A DNA stretch of 64,000 bases from an uncultured bacterium (lineage in GTDB: Bacteria; Krumholzibacteriota; Krumholzibacteriia; JACNKJ01), in assembly GCA_963695095.1 (NCBI GenBank), contig CAVOFT010000001.1, positions 1,216,001 to 1,280,000 on the forward strand. The letters run 5' to 3'. How positions within the stretch are numbered: the stretch's first letter is position 1; every line of letters starts with the position of its first letter. Shown piece after piece: positions 1 through 10,238 of this stretch. The translations under genes were made by a program, and so were the position numbers. A model generated the notes under the pieces. The model saw only the letters and a list, made by a program, of their open reading frames with translations, was not told the DNA's origin and searched no databases.

Positions 1-2
1 TG

Positions 3-260
3 GACGAGGCGGCGAGCTGGGAACTCCTCAACGGCTCGTGGAACGACCTGCAGTACAACATCCCCTTCACGCTCGTGAAGCGCATCGAGCCCGGCCGCGA
101 CGAGAGCCGCGTGATCCTGCGCAGCGGCGAGGAGCTCCGCCTGGAAGACAGCCATGACGTGACCGGCGACAACGATGGACTGCTCGTCTTCGACCGTGGG
201 CAGACCGATCCGCTCTATCTGCCGTGGCGGGAACTCGAGAGCATCGAGTTCACCGAGTAG
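3..260 (+). CDS. Hypothetical protein, C-terminal part (5' end outside window)
   Basis: Frame is open from the window edge (DEAASWELLNGSWNDLQYNIPF...) to TAG at 258-260 with GC3-rich codons. Confidence 0.7.
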   Translation, partial: DEAASWELLNGSWNDLQYNIPFTLVKRIEPGRDESRVILRSGEELRLEDSHDVTGDNDGLLVFDRGQTDPLYLPWRELESIEFTE

Positions 261-352
261 CCGGCGGGAAAGCCTCGACAGCCGGGCGGGCTCTGTGCCT
301 AAGCTCCTCGGCGCGGACGCAGCGGCCCGCGCCCCTGCGCCGAGGAGGAGCC

Positions 353-1465
353 ATGCAGTTGCGGGCCTGGAGCTGGCGGCAAGATGCCCGGCGGAGTACG
401 GCACCCGGCGCTTCGCCGGGGACCCTGGCGCCCCATGCCGACGCCCATCCGTCGCGGCTCAGCTACATGCGCTATGGTGGCGGCTTGCCGCTGTCGGAGG
501 GCGCTGCTGCGGATCTGGCCACCCTGAGCGGCCTGGTCGGCGGACCGGGCATTCTCTGGCTCGACGTCGACGGCCTGGCGGACAGCGCGCTCTTGCATGG
601 AATCGGCGAGCTCTTCGGACTGCACCCGCTGGCCCTGGCGGATGTGGTCAACGTTCCCCAGCGGTCGAAGGCCGAGGTGTACGGCGATCAGGTCTTCATC
701 GTCGCGCGCATGCCGCGCGCGGCCATGCCCCTGGACAGCGAGCAGCTCAGCCTCTTCCTCGGCCCGAACTTCGTGATCACCTTCGGCGAGAAGGAGGGCG
801 ATGTCTTCGGTCCCGTGCGCCAGCGCATCCGCGCCGGCCGGCCGGGCCTGATCGAGGGCGGTCCCGACTATCTGGCCTACGCGCTCGTCGACGCCGTCGT
901 CGATGCCTACTTCCCGCTGCTGGAGAGCTACGGCGAGTACCTCGAGGATCTCGAAGAGGAGATCCTGATCCGGCCGCGCCCGGAGCTGGTGCCGCGCCTG
1001 CACCATCTCAAGCGCGACCTGCTCAACCTGCGCCGCTATGTCTGGCCCTTGCGCGATCTGCTGGGGATGCTCTACCGCGACGAAAACCCGCGCATCGCGC
1101 CCGCCACGCGTATCTACCTGCGGGACAGCCACGATCATGCCGTGCATGTGATGGAGCTGGTCGAGAGCTACCGTGAGATGACTTCCAGCCTGATGGATCT
1201 CTACCTGTCCAGCATCAGCAATCGCATGAACGAGGTGATGAAGGTGCTGACCATCATCGCCACGCTCTTCATGCCGCTGGGCTTCGTCGCCGGCCTTTAC
1301 GGCATGAACTTCGACACCGCCTCGTCCGCGAACATGCCGGAGCTGGGCTGGCGCTACGGCTACTTCTTCGCCCTCGGCCTGATGGCCGCCATCGTGGTGG
1401 TCATGCTCGTCTACTTCCGCCGCAAGGGCTGGCTGGGCGGCAGCCGCAATGCCGACGAGGACTAG
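353..1465 (+). CDS. corA: Magnesium/cobalt transporter CorA
   Basis: GMN signature (YGMNF), MPEL loop and two C-terminal TM helices; AGGAGG RBS before ATG 353. Confidence 0.95.
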   Translation: MQLRAWSWRQDARRSTAPGASPGTLAPHADAHPSRLSYMRYGGGLPLSEGAAADLATLSGLVGGPGILWLDVDGLADSALLHGIGELFGLHPLALADVVNVPQRSKAEVYGDQVFIVARMPRAAMPLDSEQLSLFLGPNFVITFGEKEGDVFGPVRQRIRAGRPGLIEGGPDYLAYALVDAVVDAYFPLLESYGEYLEDLEEEILIRPRPELVPRLHHLKRDLLNLRRYVWPLRDLLGMLYRDENPRIAPATRIYLRDSHDHAVHVMELVESYREMTSSLMDLYLSSISNRMNEVMKVLTIIATLFMPLGFVAGLYGMNFDTASSANMPELGWRYGYFFALGLMAAIVVVMLVYFRRKGWLGGSRNADED

Positions 1466-2310
1466 CGCTCGTCGACGATGCGGACGGGGAAGGGCTGGCT
1501 GGCGCTGCCAGCGTAGAGCGAGCGGTGGGGGAAGGGGATCTCGATGCCCGCCGCGTCGAAGGCGGCCTTGATCTCCTCGGGGATGCTGTTGTGCAATTCG
1601 AGGTAGTTCTCCTTCATGGTCCAGACGGAGAACTGGAGCTCGAGGGCCGAGTCCCCGAAACCCTTGAAGATGTACATGGGCGCGGGCTCGACCAGGCAGA
1701 GTGGATTCCGCTCGGCCACGCCGGCCAGCAGTTCGCGCACCCGGGGCAGCGATTCCTTGTAGGCGACGCCGAGCATGAGGTCGAAGCGGCGAATGGGGAA
1801 GTGCGTCAGGTTGCTGACCTGGGTCTTGATGATCGTCTCATTCGGCACCCGCACGAAGGTGTTGTTGAAAGCGCGCAACTTGACCGAGAGCAGGTCGATG
1901 GAGAGCACTTCCCCGGAGATGCCCTCGACGCGGATGATGTCGCCGATGACGAAGGGCCGCTCCACGAGCAGGAACAGGCCGCTGATCAGGTTGGAGGCCG
2001 AGGTTTGCGAGGCGAAGCCGAGCGCCACCGTGAGCAGACCGGCGGCGCCCATGAGGACGCCCAGGTGGAAGCCCAGCTCGTTCAGCACGCCGAGGATCAC
2101 CAGGGCCGCCAGCGGGTAGAAGGTCAGGCGGCGGAGTACCATGACTTCCTGCCTGCCCGTGCGCTTGCGCGCCACGCGCGTGACCATGGCGGCGGCGGTG
2201 CGGGCCAGGGCGAGGCCGACGACCAGCACGATCACGGCGCGGAGCAACGCGACGAGGCGCTCGGTGGTCAGCCAGTCACTCAGACCAGTGGCGATGGTGC
2301 CTAAAGGCAT
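1462..2310 (-). CDS. mscS: Small-conductance mechanosensitive channel (MscS family)
   Basis: TM helices, GFASQ..SNLISG, PF..GD.I, VPN and GIEIPFP motifs; start at MPLGTIA chosen by me. Confidence 0.9.
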   Translation of the reverse strand: MPLGTIATGLSDWLTTERLVALLRAVIVLVVGLALARTAAAMVTRVARKRTGRQEVMVLRRLTFYPLAALVILGVLNELGFHLGVLMGAAGLLTVALGFASQTSASNLISGLFLLVERPFVIGDIIRVEGISGEVLSIDLLSVKLRAFNNTFVRVPNETIIKTQVSNLTHFPIRRFDLMLGVAYKESLPRVRELLAGVAERNPLCLVEPAPMYIFKGFGDSALELQFSVWTMKENYLELHNSIPEEIKAAFDAAGIEIPFPHRSLYAGSASQPFPVRIVDER

Positions 2311-3142
2311 CGAAACTCCCGCGGAAGAGGCCAGAGAAGGTGTGCACGACGGCCCGTCGCTCGGGCACGCTGCGCGGTCCCGCCACGAGGGCGGCCCCCG
2401 GCGCCTCGCGCGGCGCGCCGCCGCCCAGGTCGAGGGCCGCCATCTCGCCGTCCTGCTCGTGCACGAGCAGGACGGTCTCGGTCCAGAGCTGGTGGTCGGC
2501 GCCGGCGTAGAGGGACAGGTTCGGCGTGGGCAGGCGCAAGCCATCGACGGGCAGCGGCGCCTCGGCTTCATTGCGAATGTGGATGGCCGCGTGGGCGCGG
2601 AAGGGATCGACCGGCAGGTCCCCCAGGTTCAGGCGCCCGCGCAAGCGGCTGGCGTAACAGAGCTCGCCCGGCCCCGTGCGCGGGCCGAACCAGGTGTCCG
2701 ACAGGGGCTGCAGGCCCGTGTCGAGCAGGCAGTCGCCTCCCGGCACGCAGAGGCGCAGCCAGAGCGGCAGCCGCAGGTAGACGGTGACCTGCTCGCCGCG
2801 GGGGATGACGAGCGGTCCCTCCGGACGCACCACCAGGCCGCGGGGCGGCAGCGCCGGCTCGATGCGCAACCGATCTGCGGTGCGGCGGAAGGCGTAGCGG
2901 GCGCCGCGAACGCCCGCTGCCTCGAATGAGGGCTCTGGACTGCGGGCGGGCAGCTCGAGGGCCGGGGCAGCCGCCCGTTCACCGAGGCAGTGGGAGAGGC
3001 GCCATTCACTGGGAGCGCGGCCAATCCAGAGCGCGAGCGCGTCCAGGCGCACGTGCAGCTCCGTATCGGCGGGCAGCTCCCAGTCGCCCCACCAGCGTCC
3101 CGCGGCGAACAGCTCGCGCCAGTCGATATCGTGGACAGCCAT
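2276..3142 (-). CDS. Hypothetical protein, DUF432-like
   Basis: 288-aa ORF overlapping mscS; LSDTWFGP..GELCYA motif recalled from DUF432-type proteins found beside mscS. Confidence 0.6.
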   Translation of the reverse strand: MAVHDIDWRELFAAGRWWGDWELPADTELHVRLDALALWIGRAPSEWRLSHCLGERAAAPALELPARSPEPSFEAAGVRGARYAFRRTADRLRIEPALPPRGLVVRPEGPLVIPRGEQVTVYLRLPLWLRLCVPGGDCLLDTGLQPLSDTWFGPRTGPGELCYASRLRGRLNLGDLPVDPFRAHAAIHIRNEAEAPLPVDGLRLPTPNLSLYAGADHQLWTETVLLVHEQDGEMAALDLGGGAPREAPGAALVAGPRSVPERRAVVHTFSGLFRGSFDAFRHHRHWSE

Positions 3143-3256
3143 GGCGGTCAGTCTAGGCGCTCGCCGCAGTCGGCGCCACCCTGAATCGCGAATCGGAGCT
3201 TGAGCCCTCGGCCCGCCTCCCCGATGATGCGCAGAGCCCCTTCACGAGGTGAGGCA

Positions 3257-4660
3257 ATGTCCGCGAGTCTGCCCACGCGCATCGAGACCGACAGCCTCGG
3301 CGAGCTGGCCGTGCCGGCCGAGGCCTACTACGGCGCCCAGACCGCGCGCGCCGTGGCGAACTTTCCCATCGGCGAGGCGCGCTGGCCGCGGGCCATGCTC
3401 GCGGCCCTCGGCCAGGTGAAGGCTGCGGCTGCGGCGGCCAACGCCGAACTGGGCGTCCTGCCGCTGGGCCTGGCCGCGCTCATCGAGCAGGCCGCAGGCG
3501 AGGTCGCGGCCGGCGCGCTGGACGCGCACTTCCCGGTGCCGCTCTGGCAGACGGGCAGCGGCACCCAGCTCAACATGAATGCCAACGAGGTCATCGCCGG
3601 CCGGGCCAACGAGCTGGCGGGCGCCGGCCGGGGCGGCAAGCAACCCGTGCATCCCAACGACCACGTCAACTGCAGCCAGTCGAGCAACGACGCCATCCCC
3701 ACGGCGATGCACATCGCTGCGGCGGGGGAGATCCGCGGCCAGCTGCTGCCGGCGCTCGCCGGCCTCGAGGCGGCGCTGGCGGAGCGGGCAGAGGCCTTCG
3801 CCGAGCTCGTCAAGATCGGGCGCACCCACCTGATGGACGCCGTCCCGCTCACGCTCGGCCAGGAGTTCTCGGGCTGGGCCGCGCAGGTCGCGGCCGCCCG
3901 CGCCCGCGTCGAGGCGACGCTGCCGGGCCTCTGCGAGCTGGCCCTGGGCGGCACGGCCGTGGGCACGGGGCTGAGCGCGCCGGCCGGCTTCGCCGCGGCG
4001 GCCATCGCGCGCCTCGCCGCCGCCACGGGTCTGCCACTCCTGCGGGCCGCCAACGCCTTCGCGGCGCAGGGGGCCCACGATGCGATCGTGGCCGCCAGCG
4101 GCGCCCAGCGCGATCTGGCCGTCGCCTTGATCAAGATCGCGAATGACATCCGACTGCTCGGCTCGGGCCCGCGCGCGGGGCTGGGCGAGCTGATCCTGCC
4201 CGCCAACGAGCCGGGCAGCTCGATCATGCCCGGCAAGGTGAACCCCACGCAGGCCGAGGCCCTCGTCATGGTCTGCGCGCGGGCCATCGGCAACGACGCC
4301 GCGGTGGGGATCGGCGGCCTCTCCGGTCACCTGCAGCTCAACGCCTGCAAGCCCTTGCTTGCCCACTGCCTGCTCGAGTCCACCGGACTGCTGGCCGACG
4401 CGGCGCGCAGCTTCACCGAGCGCTGCGTGGCCGGCCTCGAGCCGGACCGGGCGGCGATCGCCCGCCACCTCGAGCGCTCCCTGATGCTGGTCACCGCTCT
4501 CGCGCCGGTGATCGGCTACGACCGCGCCGCGGCGGCCGCCAAGAAGGCCCACGCCGAGGGCATCAGCCTGCGCGAGGCCGTGCTCGCCCTCGGCTTCCTC
4601 GAAGCCGGCGAGCTGGACCGCCGCCTGCGGCCCGAGTCGATGACCGATGGCCGCTGGTAG
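3257..4660 (+). CDS. fumC: Class II fumarate hydratase
   Basis: QTGSGT, HPNDHVN.SQSSND, GRTHLMDA and GSSIMPGKVNP motifs; GAGG RBS before ATG 3257. Confidence 0.93.
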   Translation: MSASLPTRIETDSLGELAVPAEAYYGAQTARAVANFPIGEARWPRAMLAALGQVKAAAAAANAELGVLPLGLAALIEQAAGEVAAGALDAHFPVPLWQTGSGTQLNMNANEVIAGRANELAGAGRGGKQPVHPNDHVNCSQSSNDAIPTAMHIAAAGEIRGQLLPALAGLEAALAERAEAFAELVKIGRTHLMDAVPLTLGQEFSGWAAQVAAARARVEATLPGLCELALGGTAVGTGLSAPAGFAAAAIARLAAATGLPLLRAANAFAAQGAHDAIVAASGAQRDLAVALIKIANDIRLLGSGPRAGLGELILPANEPGSSIMPGKVNPTQAEALVMVCARAIGNDAAVGIGGLSGHLQLNACKPLLAHCLLESTGLLADAARSFTERCVAGLEPDRAAIARHLERSLMLVTALAPVIGYDRAAAAAKKAHAEGISLREAVLALGFLEAGELDRRLRPESMTDGRW

Positions 4661-4805
4661 CGCCCTTACTATACCAGCCAAAAAGACCAGAAATGTAGAT
4701 AATAGTGGAAGTCCGAAATTCGGGCCTTTACACTGATGGCCCTTGCTCGCTGGCGGGCCTGCCCAGGCCCTCAAAGCCTGCGCGGTCCAGCGCCAGGAGT
4801 TGCCC

Positions 4806-5411
4806 ATGACGCGCGCCGCTGTCGCCGGGATCCCGCTGCTCCTCCTGCTCGGCCTCGGCGCCACAGCGCCGGCGGCGAGCGCGCCGGAGCCGGCCAAGCC
4901 GAGCGCGAGCCTGCCCGCGGCGACGCAGGATTACCCCGTTCCGCCGCCGCCGCTGTCCGATGGCATCTTCCCCTGCTCGGACTGCCATGTCGACCTCGAG
5001 CCGGATCCGACCCCGCGCGAGCTGGGGATGCACGAGGAAATCGTGGCGCGCTTCCACCATGCCGAGGAGCAGCGCTGGTGCCTGGACTGCCACAATCCCG
5101 ACGACCGCGACAAGCTGCGGCTGGCCAACGGCCAGCTCATCGGCTTCGACGAATCCTACAAGCTCTGCGGACAGTGCCATGGCACGAACTACCGGGACTG
5201 GAAGGCCGGCGTGCACGGCAAGCGCACCGGCATGTGGAACGGGCCCAAGGAGTACCGGCTCTGCGTGCACTGCCACGATCCCCATCGGCCGCGCTTCGCG
5301 CCGATCGCTCCCGACCCGGCGCCCCGGCGCCCGGAGGCGATCGACCGACCTCAGCGCGCCGCGCCTGCCTCGCCCGGCCACGAGAGCCATAGCCAGCCCG
5401 GGAGCCAGTGA
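4806..5411 (+). CDS. Periplasmic tetraheme c-type cytochrome
   Basis: Signal peptide and four CxxCH motifs (CSDCH, CLDCH, CGQCH, CVHCH); AGGAG RBS. Confidence 0.88.
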   Translation: MTRAAVAGIPLLLLLGLGATAPAASAPEPAKPSASLPAATQDYPVPPPPLSDGIFPCSDCHVDLEPDPTPRELGMHEEIVARFHHAEEQRWCLDCHNPDDRDKLRLANGQLIGFDESYKLCGQCHGTNYRDWKAGVHGKRTGMWNGPKEYRLCVHCHDPHRPRFAPIAPDPAPRRPEAIDRPQRAAPASPGHESHSQPGSQ

Positions 5412-6328
5412 TGGAACGCGAGCCAAATCCAGAGGGCGGCTTCGATCGCCGGCGCTTCCTCAAGCTGGCCGGCCTCGGCAGCCTGGCCATCCCGGCCGGG
5501 ACGGCCAATGCCTCGATCTGGGAATCCTTCTTCCGCAAGAGCTTCCGGGAGATGAACCGGGACGAGGTCGCCACCCTGCTCGAGCGCCTCGAGCGGAGCT
5601 ACGCCGAGGAGCGCGGCCTCCAGTTGAAGGTCAAGGCGACCGGGCCGCTGCCGGGCGTGAAGTACGGCTACGGCCTGGACCTCTCGCGCTGCGTGGGCTG
5701 CCGGCGCTGTGTCTATGGCTGCGTGAAGGAGAACAACCAGTCCCGCGATCCGCAGTTGCACTGGATCAGCGTGCTCCGCTTCGCGAAGGGCGAAAAATGG
5801 GTGAACGACCTCGAGCGGGCGGAGCCCTACTACGAGGCCGAGGCGGTGCCCGAAGCGGGCTACTTCTACATGCCCGTGCAGTGCCAGCATTGCGAGGACT
5901 CGCCCTGCGAGAAGGCCTGTCCGACCAAGGCGACCTGGAAGGCGCCCGACGGCATCGTCGTCATCGACTACGACTGGTGCATCGGCTGCCGCTTCTGCAT
6001 GGCCGCCTGCCCCTACGGCGCCCGCCGCTTCAACTGGGGCAAGCCGGGGCTGCCGGCGGCGGAGCTGAATCCGGACACCCACTACCTGGGCAACCGGCCG
6101 CGGCCCAAGGGCGTGGTGGAGAAGTGCAGCTTCTGCATCCAGCGCGTGCGCGAGGATCCGGGCCGCTATCCGGCCTGCGTCGAGGCCTGTCCGGTGGGGG
6201 CGCGCAAGTTCGGCAACCTGCTGGATCCCGCCAGCGAGATCCGCTACTGCATCGACAACAAGCGGGTCTTCCGGCTCAAGGAGGACCTGAACACGAATCC
6301 CAAGTTCTTCTACTTCTTCGCCACCTGA
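5411..6328 (+). CDS. Tat-exported 4x[4Fe-4S] protein (DsrO/NrfC-like)
   Basis: DRRRFLK Tat motif; [37 protein letters not shown] and CSFC...PACVEACP. Confidence 0.9.
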   Translation: MEREPNPEGGFDRRRFLKLAGLGSLAIPAGTANASIWESFFRKSFREMNRDEVATLLERLERSYAEERGLQLKVKATGPLPGVKYGYGLDLSRCVGCRRCVYGCVKENNQSRDPQLHWISVLRFAKGEKWVNDLERAEPYYEAEAVPEAGYFYMPVQCQHCEDSPCEKACPTKATWKAPDGIVVIDYDWCIGCRFCMAACPYGARRFNWGKPGLPAAELNPDTHYLGNRPRPKGVVEKCSFCIQRVREDPGRYPACVEACPVGARKFGNLLDPASEIRYCIDNKRVFRLKEDLNTNPKFFYFFAT

Positions 6329-6350
6329 GGCCGGCCGCCGGGAGGGCACG

Positions 6351-7553
6351 ATGCGCAATCTCCTCGCCACGCTGAGGACGGTGCTCAGGGGCAATCGCTA
6401 CTACTATGCCTGGCTCGCCTGCCTGGCGGGCTTCATCGCGCTGGGCATCGCCGCCTACCTGCGGCAGCACGAGCAGGGCCTGATCGTCACCGCCATGCGC
6501 GACCCCGTGTCCTGGGGCTTCTACATCTCCAACTTCACCTTCCTCGTCGGCGTCGCGGCCGCGGCCGTGCTGCTGGTGGTGCCGGCCTACATCTACAACT
6601 TCAAGCCGATCAAGGAGATCGTCCTCTTCGGCGAGCTGCTGGCCGTGGCGGCCATGGTGATGTGCATGCTCTTCGTGGTGGTGGACATGGGCCACGTGGA
6701 GCGGCTCGGCCACCTGCTGCCGGTGCTGGGCACGATGAACTTTCCCGCCTCCCTGCTCGCCTGGGACATCCTGGCCCTCAGCGGCTACCTGCTGATCAAC
6801 CTGTTCATCTCCTTCTATGCCCTCTACAAGATGGCCCACAGCCGCGACTACAGCCTGAGCATCATCAAGCCGCTGATCATCCTGTCCATTCCCTGGGCCG
6901 TGAGCATCCACACCGTGACGGCCTTTCTCTACAACGGGCTCTCGGCGCGGCCCTTCTGGAACGCCTCCATCCTGGCGCCGCGCTTCCTCGCCTCCGCCTT
7001 CTGCTCCGGCCCGGCCGTGATGATCCTCATCTTCCAGATCGTGCGCCGGGTCTCGCGCATCGAGATCGACAACAAGGCGCTCTTCAAGATCGCCGAGCTG
7101 ATCGCCTACGCGATGGGTGTGAACCTCTTCCTGCTCGCGGCGGAGTTCTTCAAGGAGTTCTACTCGGGCAGCGTTCACCTGGCGCCGATGCAGTACCTCT
7201 ACTTCGGCCTGCATGGGCACAACCAGCTCGTGCCCTGGATGTGGACCGCCTTCCTCTTCAACCTCTGCGCCTTCCTCGTCTTCCTCAATCCGCGGGCGCG
7301 GCAAAACTTCCTCACGCTCAACGTGGCCTGCGTGCTGGTCATCATCGGCGTCTACATCGAGAAGGGGATGGGCCTGGTGATCCCCGGCTTCGTGCCCAGC
7401 ACTCTGGGCGAGATCTACGACTACTCGCCCACGATGGTGGAGAAGGGCGTGACGGTGGGGATCTGGGCAGTGGGCGCGCTCGTCTACACCTTGCTGCTCA
7501 AGTTCGCGATGCCGGTCTACACGGGCGTCCTGCGCTTCTACGTCAAGGGCTGA
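6351..7553 (+). CDS. nrfD: NrfD/PsrC-family quinone-interacting membrane subunit (DsrP-like)
   Basis: About 10 TM helices; WGFYISNFTFLVGVAA, VVDMGH and IHTVTAFL motifs; directly follows the Fe-S subunit. Confidence 0.88.
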   Translation: MRNLLATLRTVLRGNRYYYAWLACLAGFIALGIAAYLRQHEQGLIVTAMRDPVSWGFYISNFTFLVGVAAAAVLLVVPAYIYNFKPIKEIVLFGELLAVAAMVMCMLFVVVDMGHVERLGHLLPVLGTMNFPASLLAWDILALSGYLLINLFISFYALYKMAHSRDYSLSIIKPLIILSIPWAVSIHTVTAFLYNGLSARPFWNASILAPRFLASAFCSGPAVMILIFQIVRRVSRIEIDNKALFKIAELIAYAMGVNLFLLAAEFFKEFYSGSVHLAPMQYLYFGLHGHNQLVPWMWTAFLFNLCAFLVFLNPRARQNFLTLNVACVLVIIGVYIEKGMGLVIPGFVPSTLGEIYDYSPTMVEKGVTVGIWAVGALVYTLLLKFAMPVYTGVLRFYVKG

Positions 7554-7568
7554 GCGCGAGCGCGAGGC

Positions 7569-9344
7569 TCAGGCCGCGGGCTCGGGGGCGCCCGGCTCCG
7601 CCTCCTCGCGCCGGCGCAGGAGCCAGGGCGCGGCGATGAGGGCGCCGCCGTAGAGGCCGCAGTCCAGGACGAGGGCCGTCGCGTGGCTTTGCTTCAGCCC
7701 GAGCAGCAGCGCGAGCCCGCCGAGCGCCAGCACCGGGTAGACCAGCCAGGACATCTCCCGCAGCATCGCGCCCCGCCCGCCGCCGGCGAGCAGCACGGCG
7801 GCGACGGAGAGCACGGCGATGCGCGCGGCCACGGTGGCGGCGGCCAGGTCCGTCACCCCCCAGGCGCGGACGGCCTGCAGCAGCAGGCCGGTCGCGAGCC
7901 CGGCCAGGCAGACCAGCACGGCCAGTAGCACGACCAGGCGCGGCAGGCGCAGCATCCCCAGCGCGGCGCGGCGGCCCTGGGTGACGACGAGCGTGGCGTA
8001 GGTGAGCGCGGTGACTGCCAGCACGGCCAGGAGCGCCGCGCCGGGGCTCGCTGGGACCCGGCCCGCCGGCGCCAGGAAGGCGTCGAAGCCCAGGCGGAGC
8101 AGGCCGCCGTACCAGGCGGCGGCAAGCGTGAACAGGGCGCCGTGCACGCGCAGGGTGACCCGGTCGTAGCGGCCGCCCAGGTAGGCGGTGGCCAGGGCGA
8201 GCGCGCTCCAGATCAGGGCCAGGGCGCCGCCCTGGGCCAGCAGGCGGCTGCCGGTGACGATGAGCACGAAGGCGAGCGTGGTGTAGAAGATGAAGTTGCG
8301 TCCGCGGCCGAGCCGCCGGTCGACGAAGGCGAAGGCGACGAGATAGCAGGCGGCGGCGGCGATGAGCGTGACCACGCCCAGCGCGGCGCCGCCGGAGCCG
8401 ACCGCCTGCGCGATGCGCAGAGCGCCGCCGAAGCCGATCGCCAGCGCCGCTGCCGACTGGATGACCTCGAAGGGGGTGACGTCGCGGCGGCGCCAGAGCG
8501 TGCGCAGCGCGAAGCTGCCGAGGTAGACGATGAGCAGGCCGCCGGCCAGGAGCTGCGCGCGCGCGATCGAGAAGTTCGCGTAGCGCTCGGGGACGCCGAG
8601 CGGGCTGGAGGCGATGGAGACCATGAAGAAGACCATGAAGTTGGCCGCGGCGGCCACCCACCAGCGCAAGCCGCGCCACTTCTTCGCATAGCCCAGCCAG
8701 ACGCTGGCCAGGCCCAGGAGCAGGAGCAGGGCCACGGCGGGCTCGACCGCTCCCGCGGCGAAGACGAGGGCGATGGCCGTGAGCAGCGCTCCCGAGACGA
8801 AGATCCAGGCCAGCAGCTGCAGGCTCCGTCGCCAGGCGACGGCGAGGGCCACGGCGGCCATCAGCGCGGCGAGCAGGATGGCGAGCGCGGGCGCCAGGGC
8901 GCCGAAGCGCGTGGGCGCTTCGTAGAGAATCGGGAAGGCGATGAGCGCTGCGGTGACGCCGTTGACCTGGGCGCGCACGAGCTTGTCGCGCGCGGCGGCG
9001 CGATCGGCGAGATAGACCCAGACGAGAGCGTAAAGCAATCCGAGCAGGATGCCGCCGGCCAGGGGCAACAGGCGCATGTCGGTCAAGGCGCGCAGCAGGA
9101 AGGCGCCGGCCATCACGAGGAAGGCGCGCCCGAGATCGCCGACCGTGAGGCCAGGAAGCGCCGGGCGAATGCCGCCCACGGGCTCGGCTGCGCCCACGGC
9201 GAGTTCCGGGATCGACGGCGTCGTCGCGGCCAGCGGCGTGGCGGCGAGTCCGCCTTCCAGGCGTGCCACGCGCTGCTCGAGGCGCTCCAGCGCAGCGGTG
9301 AGCTCCGCTAGCCGATCATGGCCGGGGATCTGGTTCGCGCTCAT
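7569..9344 (-). CDS. Polytopic membrane protein (DUF2339-like)
   Basis: N-terminal coiled coil (LERLEQRVARLE) then many hydrophobic helices; GGAGG RBS. Confidence 0.75.
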   Translation of the reverse strand: MSANQIPGHDRLAELTAALERLEQRVARLEGGLAATPLAATTPSIPELAVGAAEPVGGIRPALPGLTVGDLGRAFLVMAGAFLLRALTDMRLLPLAGGILLGLLYALVWVYLADRAAARDKLVRAQVNGVTAALIAFPILYEAPTRFGALAPALAILLAALMAAVALAVAWRRSLQLLAWIFVSGALLTAIALVFAAGAVEPAVALLLLLGLASVWLGYAKKWRGLRWWVAAAANFMVFFMVSIASSPLGVPERYANFSIARAQLLAGGLLIVYLGSFALRTLWRRRDVTPFEVIQSAAALAIGFGGALRIAQAVGSGGAALGVVTLIAAAACYLVAFAFVDRRLGRGRNFIFYTTLAFVLIVTGSRLLAQGGALALIWSALALATAYLGGRYDRVTLRVHGALFTLAAAWYGGLLRLGFDAFLAPAGRVPASPGAALLAVLAVTALTYATLVVTQGRRAALGMLRLPRLVVLLAVLVCLAGLATGLLLQAVRAWGVTDLAAATVAARIAVLSVAAVLLAGGGRGAMLREMSWLVYPVLALGGLALLLGLKQSHATALVLDCGLYGGALIAAPWLLRRREEAEPGAPEPAA

Positions 9345-9589
9345 GCTGCCTCCGATCTGGTGCGGTGCCGCTCCCCCGCCCTTCCTGGTTATTCAAGTCA
9401 ATTCAGATCGTTTAGCCCTTTTTTATCGCAGCAATTCTCCTACCCTGCACTCCCTTCCTCATGTCGGCATGATATCCGATGATTTCATGCATCATTGAGC
9501 GAAAGCAAGGCGTTTATCGGGTGGGAGCGGCGGAGCGGCCGACGATTTCGAGTCCCGGCGACGCTCCAGAATGAGGGCGAGGAGGGGGC

Positions 9590-9630
9590 TTGACGAGGGG
9601 AGGGGAATCGTCAATCATACGAACGTATGA
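9590..9630 (+). promoter_or_regulatory. Promoter (-35 TTGACG) with palindromic TetR operator overlapping the start codon
   Basis: TTGACG at 9590-9595; perfect inverted repeat TCATACG-AA-CGTATGA at 9615-9630 contains ATG 9627. Confidence 0.65.
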
Positions 9631-10238
9631 ATCAAACCCAGAGCACTCGCGACACGATCCTGGACGAAGCCCGCCGGCTCTTCGCCAGCCGGGGCTTCGG
9701 CGGCGCCTCCGTGCGGGCGATCACCGGGGCCGCCGGCGTCAACCTGGGGGCGATCGGCTATCACTTCGGCTCCAAGGAGGCCCTCTACCACGCCGTCCTC
9801 GCGGGGATCTGGGCCGAGGCCGGCGAGGCCATCCAGTGCGAGGCCGGGCGCCCGGAGCCGCCCCTGGAGCGCATCGAGGGCATCCTGCGCCTCATCTTCG
9901 CCAATCTCGCCGGCCAGCCCGATCTCGCCGGCCTCGTGCTGCGCGAGCTGGCCGAGCCGCGGGGCGTCCCCGAGCCCCTGCGCGCGCAGGTGGCCCGGCT
10001 CGCCCTCACCCTGCGCGAGCTCCTCGTCGCCGGGCAGGCCGAGGGCAGCATCGTCGCCGGGGACGCCCAGCTGCTGATCCTGAGCATCGTCGCCCAGCCC
10101 TTTCACGTGCTTGCCCTGCGCAACAAGATGCGCGAGGTGCTGGGTCTGCCTGCGGACGACCCGGCCGTCTTCGCGCGGGTGGTGGACAATGCCGTGGCCT
10201 TCGTGCGCCGCGGCCTGAGCCCTGAGGGGAGGACCTGA
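9627..10238 (+). CDS. TetR/AcrR family transcriptional regulator
   Basis: N-terminal HTH (ILDEARRLFASRGF...VNLGAIGYHFGSKEAL). Confidence 0.93.
   Translation: MNQTQSTRDTILDEARRLFASRGFGGASVRAITGAAGVNLGAIGYHFGSKEALYHAVLAGIWAEAGEAIQCEAGRPEPPLERIEGILRLIFANLAGQPDLAGLVLRELAEPRGVPEPLRAQVARLALTLRELLVAGQAEGSIVAGDAQLLILSIVAQPFHVLALRNKMREVLGLPADDPAVFARVVDNAVAFVRRGLSPEGRT

Noticed and set aside
9425..9450. Sigma54 promoter on the minus strand (GGTAGG-N4-TTGCT) for the DUF2339-like gene
   Set aside because: The -24 element is a poor match to TGGCACG and there is no supporting evidence.
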